This document shows, one piece after another, positions 19,823 to 30,725 of a stretch of DNA of 64,000 nucleotides. Numbering within the stretch: position 1 is the first letter of the stretch; each line of letters begins with the position of its first letter. Origin of the DNA: Deltaproteobacteria bacterium (lineage in GTDB: Bacteria; Myxococcota_A; Polyangia; Fen-1088); NCBI GenBank assembly GCA_033763315.1, contig JANRKS010000019.1, forward strand, positions 128,001-192,000. The letters run 5' to 3'. The notes below the pieces were generated by a model. The model saw only the letters and a program-made list of their open reading frames with translations, was not told the origin of the DNA and did not search any database. A program made the position numbers and the translations under genes.

Positions 19823-21064
19823 ATGGGCTTGCGGTCACTCACCAGTGTGGCAGACGCGTGCGCCGCTCTGCAGGCGGTGACGCCTCGCTTGACCAGCCAG
19901 CGCGTGCCCTTGCAAAGAGCGCGGGGCCGATACTTGGCGGACGACGTTTACGCCACACAGGCCATGCCACAAGCCCCGCGATCGGCCATGGATGGCTTCG
20001 CTGTGCGTGCGGTTGATGTGGCGCACGCGTGCCGAGCCATGCCGGTGAGGTTATCAATTGTGGGGGAGGTTGTGGCAGGGGCGCAATACGAGGGCACCCT
20101 TCTTGCGGGGCAGGCCGTTCGCATTCCTACGGGCGGCTGTTTGCCCGCGGGTACGGACGCGATCGTGCCTGTTGAAAACGTTGTTGTGCAAGGGGCATAC
20201 GCGGCCGTGGTTGTGCCCAGCGCGGCCGGCAGGCACGTGGTGGCCGCTGGTGATGACGTGCGTGTGGGGCAAGCGCTGCTTGCACAAGGCCAGCGTTTGT
20301 ACGCGCCCCAAATGGCCGTGCTTGCGGCGGCGGGGCACCCGCATGTGAATGTGGCTGCGCAGCCGCGGGTCACGCTGTTCTCAAGTGGCGCCGAAGTGTG
20401 CCCGCCTGAGCAGGCGCCCACGCCCGCGCAAGTGCGCGACGTGAACCAAACGTTGCTGGGGGCGTTGTGCGAGGCCGCGGGAGCCTTGGTGACCTATGGT
20501 GGAATTATTGCCGACGAGCTGGCCGCGCTCACGCAGGCGATTGAAGCCGCGGTGACCACGAGCGATGTGATTTTGCTTTCGGCCGGAACGTCTGTGGGCG
20601 TCCGTGATTTCGCAGCCGCCGCGGTTGCCGCCGTGCCAGGCACGCGCTTGTTGTTTCACGGTGTGAACATGCGACCAGGCAAGCCAACATTGGCCGCTTA
20701 CCGTCCGGGTCCACCGCCTGTGTTCATTTGCGGCCTACCGGGGTTTCCGATGTCGGCCACTGTGGCGTTTGCCGTGTTCGTCGCGCCTGTGCTTGCGCGG
20801 CTACAAGGTGGAGCTGGCCATGAACGCACGCCACCGGCTGTGGCGATTTTGACTGAGCCCTATCAATCAAGCGTGGGCCGTGAAGACTACGTGCGGGTGG
20901 CTCTGACCACCCAGCCGGACGGTCCACCCTTGGCGACGCCATTGTCAGCGGGGCCGGCGTTGGTCACGGGCCTTTTGCAGATGGAGGGTTTTGTGAAGGT
21001 TCGGCCTGAAACCGAAACGTTGCCGGCCGGCGCCCTCGTGCACGTTTTGCCGCTGGATTTATGA
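19823..21064 (+). CDS. moeA: Molybdopterin molybdenumtransferase MoeA
   Basis: 'SAMDGFAV', 'SAGTSVG..D', 'MRPGKP', 'GLPGFP'. Confidence 0.9.
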   Translation: MGLRSLTSVADACAALQAVTPRLTSQRVPLQRARGRYLADDVYATQAMPQAPRSAMDGFAVRAVDVAHACRAMPVRLSIVGEVVAGAQYEGTLLAGQAVRIPTGGCLPAGTDAIVPVENVVVQGAYAAVVVPSAAGRHVVAAGDDVRVGQALLAQGQRLYAPQMAVLAAAGHPHVNVAAQPRVTLFSSGAEVCPPEQAPTPAQVRDVNQTLLGALCEAAGALVTYGGIIADELAALTQAIEAAVTTSDVILLSAGTSVGVRDFAAAAVAAVPGTRLLFHGVNMRPGKPTLAAYRPGPPPVFICGLPGFPMSATVAFAVFVAPVLARLQGGAGHERTPPAVAILTEPYQSSVGREDYVRVALTTQPDGPPLATPLSAGPALVTGLLQMEGFVKVRPETETLPAGALVHVLPLDL

Positions 21065-21079
21065 TACGCTGCCGGCGCT

Positions 21080-23308
21080 ATGGTTAGACTTGCACGTGTT
21101 GTTGGCGTCATTATTTCTCTTGTTTTAGGCAGCACCGTAGGCACCCACGCGGGCCGCATGACGGTGGTGAATGTGGCGGCCGCCCAAGGCGCAGCGCCCA
21201 AGCCGCGGCCGAAATTGCGGGGCCGGCTGCACAAGCTGACCATCGATTCATCGCCCCAGCAGGCAACCGTATTTTGGGATGCATCGACGGCCAAGGTGCC
21301 CGCGGATCCGAAAGCCTTCGGCGTGGCGGGCTACACGCCGCTAACCATCACAGTGCCCCGCGGCACGGTCAAGCTCATCATTGAACTGAAGGGCTTTAAA
21401 ACCATCGAACGTGAGCTGAATGTGCAGCGCACTGAGAAGCAAACCTTCACCTTCGAACGCGCCCCGGAGGCGGGCCGCTTGGATGTGCGTGCCTCGGCCG
21501 GTGGCAACGCCACGGGCGGCGAAGTGTTTTTGGATGGCGTATCGGTGGGAACCGTGCCCAATGAGTTTCAGGTGGCGGCAGGCCGCCGCATGCTTGAGAT
21601 CAAGAAACCGGGCTTCGAGACGTTCAGCGAGTGGGTGGATCTCAAAGAAGGCGAACACCGCACGCGTGAGGTGACGCTGAAGCGCGACGCCTCTGGTTTG
21701 GGTTCAATCATGGTGGTGGCCGATTCGGGCGATGTTTACCTTGATGGCGAAAAGAAGGACGCCGCTCCCACTTTGCTTGCCGGCGTGACGCCGGGCGATC
21801 ACGTGGTTGAGGTTCGCCGCGATGGCGCCGAACCTTTCCGCCAGGTGGTTAAGGTGGAAGAGGGCAAGCAGGCCAAGGTGACGGCGGGTGCGGCGCAAGG
21901 GTTGGCTGGTTCCGTGCGCGTGCTGGCCAACGTCGATGATGTGGATGTTTACCTTGATGGCCGCGCGTCAGGCAAAACGCCCGCGGATCTCGTCAACGTT
22001 GCACCGGGGCAGCACGTGGTGGAAGGCCGCAAGAAAGGCTTCACGAGCAGCGAAGAAGTCATCAAGCTTACGCCGGGCGAAAAGATGATGGTGCGCCTTA
22101 AGCTGGAGAAGAGCAACGACACGGCCACGCGCGCTGTTCTCTCGGTAAAATCAGCTGAGCCCAACGCCGAAGTGTTTCTTGATGGGGCCAGCTTGGGCAA
22201 CGCGCCGATTGAGCGCAAAGATCTCGAACCAGGCAAGCATGTGGTGATCGTGCGCAAGCCGGGCTTCGTTGATTACAAGCGCGAGGTGATGTTGGAAGAA
22301 GGCAAGCCGATGAACATGGTTGCCGAACTGCAATCGGTGGCGCGGCTGAAATTCATCTCGCAGCCACCGGGCGCGCAGGTGTTCATTGATGGGGAGCCCA
22401 TCCCCGGCGTCACGCCCAACAGCCGCGACGAGGTTTCTGCGGGTGAGCATCAGATCATGATGCGCTTGGCGAACTATGTTGATAACCGCCAGACGATCAA
22501 AGTCGAAGGTGGCAAAGAGCGCATCGTTTCGATGGATCTTGAGCACGTGCGCGTGGGGCCCACGCGGCAAGAAGTGGACGTTGCGAAAACGGGCGCTTCA
22601 TCCTTCGGTGCCAAGGCGTTGCCCCGCAACGGCTTCGCCGCTGACCTAGGCACAGGGTTTCCTTATTTGCTGTCGGGCCGTTTGACCGTTTCGGCGGCGC
22701 AGCTGCCAAACACGCCGATCAAGTTGGACGCGGGCGTTGAGATCAAAACCTATTTCAACATGATCGAGTTCGCGTTGCACAGCCGGGCGCAACTGTTCCA
22801 GGCGGGCCCCTTGTTCTTGGGCGTGCGCGGTTATGTGGGCGGTGGGCCAGGGAGCAACGGCCGCAACACCTTCTCAACCGAGGTGGGCCCGGTGGCCACG
22901 CTCTCCTTCGCTGACCGCGTGAACTTCACCGTGCATGCCAAGTACCAATATTACACGGATAAGCTTTGCCCCTCCGCCGGTGAAGTGAGACGCGGCGTGG
23001 AGCCACGCGAGGCGTGTATGGATTGGACGAATACCACGAACCCTGTTGTGGACGGAAAATTAAAGAATTCCCTGTTTCAACAGTGGAACCAAAAAGATCC
23101 CGGCGCCAACCGTTACTCGGGCAACCGCTTGTTTGTGGGCGGCGCGCTTGAAGTGGCGGTCGACCGCTACTTTTCTGGTTACGTCACGGTTGATTTCTTG
23201 CCGGGCCAATTCGAAGGACGCAAAGCCTTCAAAGACTTCTCGAACAGCCTCATGTTTGAGCGCGATCCGCTGTTCTATTTGACCGCGGGACTTACATTGA
23301 AGCTCTAG
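21080..23308 (+). CDS. Multi-PEGA-domain exported protein with a C-terminal beta-strand-rich domain
   Basis: Six to seven repeats of the 'A.V.LDG...G..P......G.H.V...K.G' type; signal peptide; ends 'YLTAGLTLKL'. Confidence 0.8.
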   Translation: MVRLARVVGVIISLVLGSTVGTHAGRMTVVNVAAAQGAAPKPRPKLRGRLHKLTIDSSPQQATVFWDASTAKVPADPKAFGVAGYTPLTITVPRGTVKLIIELKGFKTIERELNVQRTEKQTFTFERAPEAGRLDVRASAGGNATGGEVFLDGVSVGTVPNEFQVAAGRRMLEIKKPGFETFSEWVDLKEGEHRTREVTLKRDASGLGSIMVVADSGDVYLDGEKKDAAPTLLAGVTPGDHVVEVRRDGAEPFRQVVKVEEGKQAKVTAGAAQGLAGSVRVLANVDDVDVYLDGRASGKTPADLVNVAPGQHVVEGRKKGFTSSEEVIKLTPGEKMMVRLKLEKSNDTATRAVLSVKSAEPNAEVFLDGASLGNAPIERKDLEPGKHVVIVRKPGFVDYKREVMLEEGKPMNMVAELQSVARLKFISQPPGAQVFIDGEPIPGVTPNSRDEVSAGEHQIMMRLANYVDNRQTIKVEGGKERIVSMDLEHVRVGPTRQEVDVAKTGASSFGAKALPRNGFAADLGTGFPYLLSGRLTVSAAQLPNTPIKLDAGVEIKTYFNMIEFALHSRAQLFQAGPLFLGVRGYVGGGPGSNGRNTFSTEVGPVATLSFADRVNFTVHAKYQYYTDKLCPSAGEVRRGVEPREACMDWTNTTNPVVDGKLKNSLFQQWNQKDPGANRYSGNRLFVGGALEVAVDRYFSGYVTVDFLPGQFEGRKAFKDFSNSLMFERDPLFYLTAGLTLKL

Positions 23309-23313
23309 CGTCG

Positions 23314-24162
23314 ATGGGTTTGTCGCTGCCTCCGCGCCCCTCGCATGATGCGATCGATGCGCCCGAGCTAAACAGCGATCACTTCATCGAATCAGAGGGC
23401 TATCACATCTACCGAAGCCGTGGCACCACCACGGCTTTGCTGTTTTACACGAAGGAAGGGCAGGGCTTTTTCCGTTCGTTCCGTGGGCGTCACGAGACGT
23501 TTCATATCAGCCAGCGCACGGAGCTGGTGCTGTGGCAACCAAGTACGCCGCAAAACTATGGCACCATGCCCGGCAGCGTATGGGACTTTCATTGGGTGCA
23601 TTTTCATCCCAAAGAACACTGGCGCGCCCTGCTGGCGTTGCCGCCGGTGGCGGGCCTGCCGCATCTGCGGGCTCTGCCCATGCCGGCGCGTGATGGGCCG
23701 CTTCTCGAACGCATGTTCGAGGACATCCACCGCGACATCCGCATGAACACGCCCACGCGCCGCCACCTGGCGCTCAACACACTTGAACGCATCTTCTGGT
23801 TGGCGCAAGAGCAGATGGGCTCCGCTGGCTCGCCCACCCTGGACGCGCGCGTGCGTGCCGCTCTCGAGCAAATAGCGGCCGATCCCGCTCAAGCTCACAA
23901 AGTAAGCGTTCTGGCCAAATCTGCCGGGCTGTCCCCGTCGCGGTTTGCGCATCTATTCGTTGAGCAAACGGGCGCATCTGTGATCGAGACGGTGATCGCG
24001 ACGCGGTTGGCACAGGCCGAACGTTTGCTATCGCTTTCGTCGGCGAGTGCGTCCGAGATTGGCTTTCACGTGGGCTTCTCCAGCCTCAGCCTGTTTACGC
24101 GGCACTTTAAGAAGCGTTATGGGTGCAGCCCCGGCGCGTACCGGATGCGAAATAGACCTTAA
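23314..24162 (+). CDS. AraC-family transcriptional regulator
   Basis: N-terminal cupin 'WDFHWVHF'; HTH 'GLSPSRFAHLF...VGFSSLSLFTRHFKKRYGCSPGAYR'. Confidence 0.92.
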   Translation: MGLSLPPRPSHDAIDAPELNSDHFIESEGYHIYRSRGTTTALLFYTKEGQGFFRSFRGRHETFHISQRTELVLWQPSTPQNYGTMPGSVWDFHWVHFHPKEHWRALLALPPVAGLPHLRALPMPARDGPLLERMFEDIHRDIRMNTPTRRHLALNTLERIFWLAQEQMGSAGSPTLDARVRAALEQIAADPAQAHKVSVLAKSAGLSPSRFAHLFVEQTGASVIETVIATRLAQAERLLSLSSASASEIGFHVGFSSLSLFTRHFKKRYGCSPGAYRMRNRP

Positions 24163-24277
24163 GCTGGTGTGTTGCGCGCCACGCGCTAGTCACAAAGCCC
24201 CAGCACAGCTTGCCGTTGGTTTGCACAATCCTGCTACGAGGGTTGTGGCGTGGGTTTGGGTGGCATACCGCTAAGGG

Positions 24278-27200
24278 GTGACATCAATCGCGATCCTGGC
24301 GTCCTGGCTGAGTGTGGCGCTCACGCCGGCGGCGCCCGTAGATTTTCAGCAGCACGTGGCGCCCCTGCTGGCCGAACGCTGCCTGCCATGCCATGGCCCC
24401 GAAAAGCGCAAGGGCGCTCTGCGGCTCGACGCCAAAGCCACCGCGCTGGAAGGGGGCGCCACGGGTCCCGCCTTGGTGCCGGGGCATGGCGAAGACAGCT
24501 TGCTGATCCAGCGCATCAAAGGCCTGGGTGATGAAGATCGCATGCCACCTGAGGGCCCTCCCTTAACGCCGGCACAGATCCAATCGCTCACGCGATGGAT
24601 CGATGAAGGGGCCAACTGGGGCGCACAAGAGGCGGCGCCGGCGCCAACCACAGCCGACGCCACGCACTGGGCCTACCGCGCCGTCGCGCGTCCACCGGTG
24701 CCAAAGCTGCCGCCCTCGGGTGTGCCTATACATGGCGACATCGATCGTTTCGTGCTCGCTCGCTTGCGCGAACAGGGCCTGACGATGTCGGCGCCTGCAC
24801 CGCGCGAAACGTTGTTGCGGCGTGTGTCTTTGGATCTGACTGGCTTGCCGCCCACCTTGGCAGAGGTTGATGCCTTTGTTTCCGACAAACGTCCAGATGC
24901 GTTTGCCCGCCAGGTGGATCGCTTGTTGGCGTCACTGCACTTTGGCGAGCGGTGGGCGCGTTGGTGGCTGGATCTGGCTCGCTATGCTGATAGCCACGGT
25001 TACGAAAAAGATCGCCCCCGTGTGATGTGGAAATACCGCGACTGGGTGATCGATGCCTTTAACCAGAATATGTCGTGGAAGCAGTTCACCATCGAGCAGC
25101 TCGCGGGCGACATGCTGCCTTCGCCCACGATAAGTCAACGCATCGCCACTGGGTTTCATCGCAACACCTTGATCAACCAGGAAGGCGGCGTTGATCCCGA
25201 AGAGGCGTATTTCGAGGTGTTGGTTGATCGCGTTGGCACCACGGCTTCGGTGTGGTTGGGTTCAACGCTCGCCTGTGCCCAGTGCCACAACCATAAGTTT
25301 GATCCGTTTTCTCAAAAAGATTTCTACACGTTTATGGCTTTCTTCTCGAACAACGACACCGCCTTGCGCGGCAGCTTGTTCAATGATTTGCATATGGGCG
25401 AGCCCATCTTAACGTTGCCCACGCCGGCCCAATCCACGGCGCGCGAAAAGCTTGCGCAGGAGATGGCTGAGGTGCAGCGCCACATCGATAGCGACAGCGC
25501 CGAACGTCGCGCAGCACAGCGGCTGTGGGAACAAAAGCAACGGGAAGCAGAATTGCAGTGGCAAGTGTTGCCCCCGCAGAAGGCCACCTCACAAGGCGGT
25601 GCAAAATTAGCCGTGTTGTCAGATGGCTCTGTGTTGGCAAGCGGCCCCGCGCCGGCGGGCGATACGTATGACGTGGTGGTGCACGCGACGCTGCCAAACA
25701 TCACGGCGCTGCGTTTGGAGGTGCTGCCCGATAAGTCGTTGCCCAAAGGTGGGCCAGGCCGCGCGCCGGACGGTGGCTTTTTGTTGACGGGCTTTGCCGC
25801 GAGCCGCGGCAACGAAGCGTCCACGCCTTTGATGTTTTCAACCGCCGCGGCCGACGAACAGATCGGCGGCTTTGGCCCCGCCACGTTGTTGCGGAAGAAC
25901 GTCGAAGGATGGGCGATCGACGTGGCCGCGGCAGCGTCATCGGGGCGTCGCCAAGCCGTGTTCGTTCTTCGTGAGCCCATGCAAGGCGGCGGCACGTTGC
26001 GCGTCCGTTTGTCGCACATGCCTCGCGCTTTGCGCGCCATTGGCAAATTCCGCTTGTCCGCCACCAGTGGCGCCGATCCCCTGTTCATCACGCAGGTGCC
26101 ACGCCGCGACCGGGAGCTGCTGCAGGTGCCGGAGTCGCGTCGATCTACGGCGCAACAGGATCGCCTCGCCACGCTTCACCGCAACAACAGCAGCCACTTT
26201 GCACCGGAGCGTGCGCGTTTGCGTGGGCTGCAAAAACAGGTCGATGAACTGGGCATAGTCACAGCGATGGTGTTGCAAGAGCGGCCCGGCTTCGAGCGGC
26301 CGTCGGCCTTTGTGCGCGCCCGCGGTGGCTTCGCTTCGCCAACGGAGAAGGTGTTTGCCAACGTTCCAAAGTCGTTGCCTCCGCTGCCACCCGATGCACC
26401 TGCCAACCGCTTGGGTCTGGCACGTTGGCTCGTGAGCGACAGCAATCCCCTTACGGCGCGTGTCACCGTCAATCGGTTTTGGGAGCAGCTGTTTGGGCGT
26501 GGCCTGGTCGAGACATCAGAAGATCTTGGTACACAAAGCCCGCCGCCTTCGCATCCCGAATTGCTCGACTGGTTGGCGAGCGAATACATGCGTCTTGGTT
26601 GGAACACCAAAGCGTTGCTGCGCACCATCGTGCTCAGCGCCACCTATCAGCAATCGTCTCGCGTGCGACCAGACCTCTTGGCCAAGGATCCAACCAATCG
26701 TTGGTTTGCACGTGGGCCGCGGTTTCGTCTTGATGCTGAAACGCTCCGTGATCTGGCCCTGCGTTCATCGGGCCTGCTGGCGACGCGCGTGGGTGGCCCC
26801 AGCGTGTATCCGTGGCAACCCGCGGGCGTGTGGGACGTTCCTTACAACGAAGAAAGCCTCGTGTGGAAAACCAGTGGCGGCGAAGACGCCCACCGCCGCA
26901 CCCTTTACACGTTCTTGCGGCGATCGGCGCCGTATCCGTTGCTCATCAACTTCGATGCCACCAGCCGTGAGACCTGCACACTCAAGCGCCCACGCACCAA
27001 CACGCCGCTGCAAGCGCTGAACATTCTCAACGATGCGGTGTTCTTCGAAGCCGCACAATCTATGGCGGCACGCATGCAGGAAGGGGCCGGAACAAAACCG
27101 GCGGCGCGCCTATCGTATGGCTTTCGCTTAGTCACCGGCCGCCATCCCACAAGTGCGGAGCTACAAACACTGAACGCGTTGTTCGCGAGCCAACGGGAGC

Positions 27201-27355
27201 GCCTGCGCAAGGACCCGTCCGCTGTGAAGGCGCTGTTGACGAACCCAACCGTGGAGGATGCAAAGCCACCCGGTGTTGCCGATCCCGAGCGCGCCGCGCT
27301 CACGCTTGTGGCGAACGTCTTGCTGAATCTTGATGAAGCCGTGACAAAGGAGTGA
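24278..27355 (+). CDS. Planctomycete cytochrome c plus PSD1/PSCyt (DUF1549/DUF1553) protein
   Basis: CLPCH and CAQCHNHKFDP haem motifs, 'LLRRVSLDLTGLPPT', 'WWLDLARYADSHG', 'NPLTARV.VNRFW', 'TNTPLQAL', terminal 'LLNLDE'. Confidence 0.9.
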   Translation: MTSIAILASWLSVALTPAAPVDFQQHVAPLLAERCLPCHGPEKRKGALRLDAKATALEGGATGPALVPGHGEDSLLIQRIKGLGDEDRMPPEGPPLTPAQIQSLTRWIDEGANWGAQEAAPAPTTADATHWAYRAVARPPVPKLPPSGVPIHGDIDRFVLARLREQGLTMSAPAPRETLLRRVSLDLTGLPPTLAEVDAFVSDKRPDAFARQVDRLLASLHFGERWARWWLDLARYADSHGYEKDRPRVMWKYRDWVIDAFNQNMSWKQFTIEQLAGDMLPSPTISQRIATGFHRNTLINQEGGVDPEEAYFEVLVDRVGTTASVWLGSTLACAQCHNHKFDPFSQKDFYTFMAFFSNNDTALRGSLFNDLHMGEPILTLPTPAQSTAREKLAQEMAEVQRHIDSDSAERRAAQRLWEQKQREAELQWQVLPPQKATSQGGAKLAVLSDGSVLASGPAPAGDTYDVVVHATLPNITALRLEVLPDKSLPKGGPGRAPDGGFLLTGFAASRGNEASTPLMFSTAAADEQIGGFGPATLLRKNVEGWAIDVAAAASSGRRQAVFVLREPMQGGGTLRVRLSHMPRALRAIGKFRLSATSGADPLFITQVPRRDRELLQVPESRRSTAQQDRLATLHRNNSSHFAPERARLRGLQKQVDELGIVTAMVLQERPGFERPSAFVRARGGFASPTEKVFANVPKSLPPLPPDAPANRLGLARWLVSDSNPLTARVTVNRFWEQLFGRGLVETSEDLGTQSPPPSHPELLDWLASEYMRLGWNTKALLRTIVLSATYQQSSRVRPDLLAKDPTNRWFARGPRFRLDAETLRDLALRSSGLLATRVGGPSVYPWQPAGVWDVPYNEESLVWKTSGGEDAHRRTLYTFLRRSAPYPLLINFDATSRETCTLKRPRTNTPLQALNILNDAVFFEAAQSMAARMQEGAGTKPAARLSYGFRLVTGRHPTSAELQTLNALFASQRERLRKDPSAVKALLTNPTVEDAKPPGVADPERAALTLVANVLLNLDEAVTKE

Positions 27356-27358
27356 TGC

Positions 27359-28807
27359 ATGAGCCGCCCCGTTCACCCAACCACCGCTGACACGATCGCG
27401 CGCCGCAATTTCCTTTGCCAGGCGGGCTTCGGCTTGGGCGCGCCGGCGCTGGCCTCCGTCTTTGCACGAAACGGCTGGGCCGCCGCACGCACCGATCCAA
27501 TGGCCCCGAAGGCCTCACATCACGCGCCCAAAGCGCGCAACGTGATCTTCTTGTTCATGGCGGGGGCCCCCTCAACCCCAGACCTTCTGGATCCTAAGCC
27601 GCTGTGCCGGCAACGCGACGGCGAGCCCGTGCCCCCGTCGTTCACCAAGGGCGAGCGCTTCGCCTTCATCAAGGGCACGCCACGGCTTCTCGGATCGCCT
27701 TACACCTTCAAACGTTACGGCCAAAGTGGCGCCGAGGTCTCGGAGTTGCTGCCGCATTTCACGCGCATCGTGGACGACGTAGCGATCGTTCGGTCACTTC
27801 ACACAACGCAGTTTAACCACGCGCCTGCCCAGATCTTCATGAACACCGGCCACCAGATCGTGGGCCGGCCAAGCGCAGGTGCCTGGTGCACCTATGGCCT
27901 CGGCAGCGAGGCGGAGAACCTGCCGGGGTTCGTTGTCATGACGTCGGGCACGTCCGCTCCCGACGGTGGCAAATCATTGTGGTCGAGCGGCTATCTGCCC
28001 ACGGCCTACCAGGGCGTGGAATTGCGCACCAAAGGCGAGCCGGTTCTGTTTCTCGCTGATCCCAAAGGCATCGATCGCTCCACCCGTCGCGCCACCCTTG
28101 ATGCGCTTTCGGCGCTGAATCACCAGCACCTGGAAGCGGTGGGCGATCCCGAAATCGCCACGCGCATCGCCGCCACCGAACTGGCGTTTCGCATGCAAAC
28201 GAGCGTGCCCGAACTGGCGGATCTGTCGCGTGAACCTCAGAGCGTCCTTGATGCCTATGGAGTGCAGTTGGGCGAGCGCAGCTTCGCGAAGAACTGCCTG
28301 ATGGCCAGGCGCTTGGTGGAGCGTGGTGTGCGTTTCGTTCAGCTTTACCACCGCGGTTGGGATCACCACGGCAGCGCGGCGGGCGACGATCTTCTCACCG
28401 CCTTGCCCGCGCGGTGCAAGGAAACCGATCAAGCCGCCGCCGCTTTAATCCTTGATCTAAAGCAGCGGGGTTTGCTCGATTCAACGTTGGTGGTTTGGGG
28501 CGGCGAGTTCGGACGCACGCCGATGAATGAAGGCCGTGGCGGCTCGCCCTTCTTGGGCCGTGATCATCATCCGCGTGCGTTCACGATGTGGATGGCGGGT
28601 GGCGGCATCAAGCGAGGCCTGACGTATGGGCAAACGGATGAGATCGGCTACGCCCCCGTGCAAGACGCGGTGGAGGTGCATGACCTTCACGCCACGATGT
28701 TGCACCTGCTGGGCCTCGATCACTTACGGCTCACGGTGCGCTTTTCGGGCCGAGATTTTCGCCTGACCGACACCAAGGGCAAGATCATCACGCCGCTTCT
28801 GGTCTGA
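27359..28807 (+). CDS. DUF1501 (sulfatase-like) Tat-exported protein
   Basis: Tat motif 'ARRNFL', '[10 protein letters not shown]', '[11 protein letters not shown]', 'WGGEFGRTP', 'GRDHHP'; usual partner of PSD1 proteins. Confidence 0.9.
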   Translation: MSRPVHPTTADTIARRNFLCQAGFGLGAPALASVFARNGWAAARTDPMAPKASHHAPKARNVIFLFMAGAPSTPDLLDPKPLCRQRDGEPVPPSFTKGERFAFIKGTPRLLGSPYTFKRYGQSGAEVSELLPHFTRIVDDVAIVRSLHTTQFNHAPAQIFMNTGHQIVGRPSAGAWCTYGLGSEAENLPGFVVMTSGTSAPDGGKSLWSSGYLPTAYQGVELRTKGEPVLFLADPKGIDRSTRRATLDALSALNHQHLEAVGDPEIATRIAATELAFRMQTSVPELADLSREPQSVLDAYGVQLGERSFAKNCLMARRLVERGVRFVQLYHRGWDHHGSAAGDDLLTALPARCKETDQAAAALILDLKQRGLLDSTLVVWGGEFGRTPMNEGRGGSPFLGRDHHPRAFTMWMAGGGIKRGLTYGQTDEIGYAPVQDAVEVHDLHATMLHLLGLDHLRLTVRFSGRDFRLTDTKGKIITPLLV

Positions 28808-28853
28808 AAAGAAAACGCCCCAGGGTGGCGCGAGGCCGCCCCAGGGCGCGTTC
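28807..28853 (-). terminator. Terminator hairpin between the convergent DUF1501 and OmpA genes
   Basis: GC-rich stem-loop followed on the minus strand by TTTTCTTTT. Confidence 0.6.
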
Positions 28854-28867
28854 GTTAGCGGCAGGCG

Positions 28868-30721
28868 CTACTTCGTCTCAACCTGCACATCACCCTTGTT
28901 TTCAAGGATGATGAACTGCACGCGGCGGTTGAGCTGGCGGCCGGCTTCCGTCTTGTTCGTTTCGATCGGCTTGTCTTTGCCGTAGCCCATCGCCACGAAG
29001 CGATCCGCCTGCAGGCCTTGCTCCACAAACCACTGCACCACGGATTCAGCACGCGCTTGCGACAAGCGTTTGTTGTATCCCGCGGCACCGCGGCTATCGG
29101 TGTGGCCTTCCACGCGCAGCTTCGCGATCTCGGGATGCTCTTTGAGCGCACGCAGCACGGCGTTCAGCACGCCCAGGCTTTCAGGACGGATGGTGGCCTT
29201 GTTGTAATCGAACTCGATGCGTTCGAAGATCTTGATCTCCTTGCCTTCGACTTTGACCTTGGGGCAACCGTTCTTCTTCGGATCCTTATCGGGATCGCCA
29301 GGCACGTCGGGGCATGCGTCCACCGGATCGATGATGGTGTCGCCATCGCGATCGGGCGGGCAGCCGTGCTTCTTCGGATCTTCACTTGGCACACCCGGTT
29401 CAAGGCGGCACGCGTCCACCGGATCCACGATGCCATCGCCGTCTGAGTCAGGGGGCAGGGGGCAGCCGTGTTTCTTCGGATCTTCGTTCGGCTCACCCGC
29501 TTCAAGCGGGCAGGCGTCCACGGGATCCAAGATGCCGTCGCCATCTGTGTCTTTCGGCGGTGGGCAGCCGTGCTTCTTTGGATCGGCGTTCGGCTCACCA
29601 GGCTCGCGCGGGCAGGCGTCTTGTTTGTCGATGATGTTGTCACCATCGGTGTCCGGGCAGCCATTGGTCTTCGGATCCGCTCGCTCAGGGCCCGGATCGG
29701 CAGGGCAGGCGTCATCGCTATCGATGATGCCGTCTTTGTCGAAGTCGGCTGGCGGCGCATGTTTGTATGCCGGGAAGTACGCCAGCGACGCAAGCAACCT
29801 GTATTGCGGGCTGCCCAACGCACGCGTTAAGCCCGGCCCACCGCCCACACCGATCCGCACAGAATCACTCACGCGCATGTGTGCGCCCAGAATCGCCTCC
29901 ATCGGCGTGGCCTTGGACTTAAAGGCTGCACTGTCGGAGACCACCGTGCTGCCGTAGAACTCAGGACCGATCAAGCCGCGGCCATCGGCGAACCGAATAC
30001 CGGCAGACGCACCGAACACCACTTCGTGGCCGAACGGTTGGTTGCCAAAATTGTCCTGCAAGAAGCGACCATCGAAGGCCACGCGCAGACCGTAGGCAAA
30101 GGCGCCGGCCGTGCCCGCGGCTTGCACACGCGGAACCAGACGAACCTTGCCGTCGCTGGCAAAAGCATCGCGGTTGCCCGTGGGCAGATGCACCTGCACG
30201 CCCGCCGACAAAGTGAATGCATCGTCGTAGGTGCCCACCAACCGCACGTCCCCGCCCAAACGCAAATCGCCAACAGCGAAGCCTTGCTTGGTGGAAAACA
30301 CCTCGTCCTGCAGCGATCCCGACTTGCCCTCATTGACCAGCAACACAGGCAAATTGGCGCTCACGCGGAAGCGATCTTGCAAAATGATCGTGCCGCCCAA
30401 GTGCAGATAAAACTGATCTGACACCGGCGATTGCAACTCTTTGCCGTCGGCGTCGTAGATCACCAGTGGCTTGCGGGCGTAGTCGCCCACCACCCCCAGC
30501 GAAAACCGCCCGTTGCCGCGCAGATCGAGGGAATCAAGCGAAAACCAATCGCTGCCGTGATCAGCCGGGTTGAAGCGGTTGAGCGAAAAGCCTTGCGCAT
30601 TGGTTTGGGCGAGGGCGGGTGCCGTCAATCCCAAACCCACCAGGGCCACCGTTGATGCGACGATGCGGAAGTTCATGAAGGGTTGTTTCGTCGTTAAGCG
30701 TTGCAGATGTGTAGGCTTCAT
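28868..30721 (-). CDS. TraB-like outer-membrane protein: N-terminal beta-barrel, TSP3 Ca-binding repeats, OmpA C-terminal domain
   Basis: Five 'D.DGD.I.D..DACP..PG......GCP' repeats; 'VEGHTD...N..LSQARAESV'; 'NRRVQF'; alternative start 30676. Confidence 0.9.
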   Translation of the reverse strand: MKPTHLQRLTTKQPFMNFRIVASTVALVGLGLTAPALAQTNAQGFSLNRFNPADHGSDWFSLDSLDLRGNGRFSLGVVGDYARKPLVIYDADGKELQSPVSDQFYLHLGGTIILQDRFRVSANLPVLLVNEGKSGSLQDEVFSTKQGFAVGDLRLGGDVRLVGTYDDAFTLSAGVQVHLPTGNRDAFASDGKVRLVPRVQAAGTAGAFAYGLRVAFDGRFLQDNFGNQPFGHEVVFGASAGIRFADGRGLIGPEFYGSTVVSDSAAFKSKATPMEAILGAHMRVSDSVRIGVGGGPGLTRALGSPQYRLLASLAYFPAYKHAPPADFDKDGIIDSDDACPADPGPERADPKTNGCPDTDGDNIIDKQDACPREPGEPNADPKKHGCPPPKDTDGDGILDPVDACPLEAGEPNEDPKKHGCPLPPDSDGDGIVDPVDACRLEPGVPSEDPKKHGCPPDRDGDTIIDPVDACPDVPGDPDKDPKKNGCPKVKVEGKEIKIFERIEFDYNKATIRPESLGVLNAVLRALKEHPEIAKLRVEGHTDSRGAAGYNKRLSQARAESVVQWFVEQGLQADRFVAMGYGKDKPIETNKTEAGRQLNRRVQFIILENKGDVQVETK

Positions 30722-30725
30722 TCGT

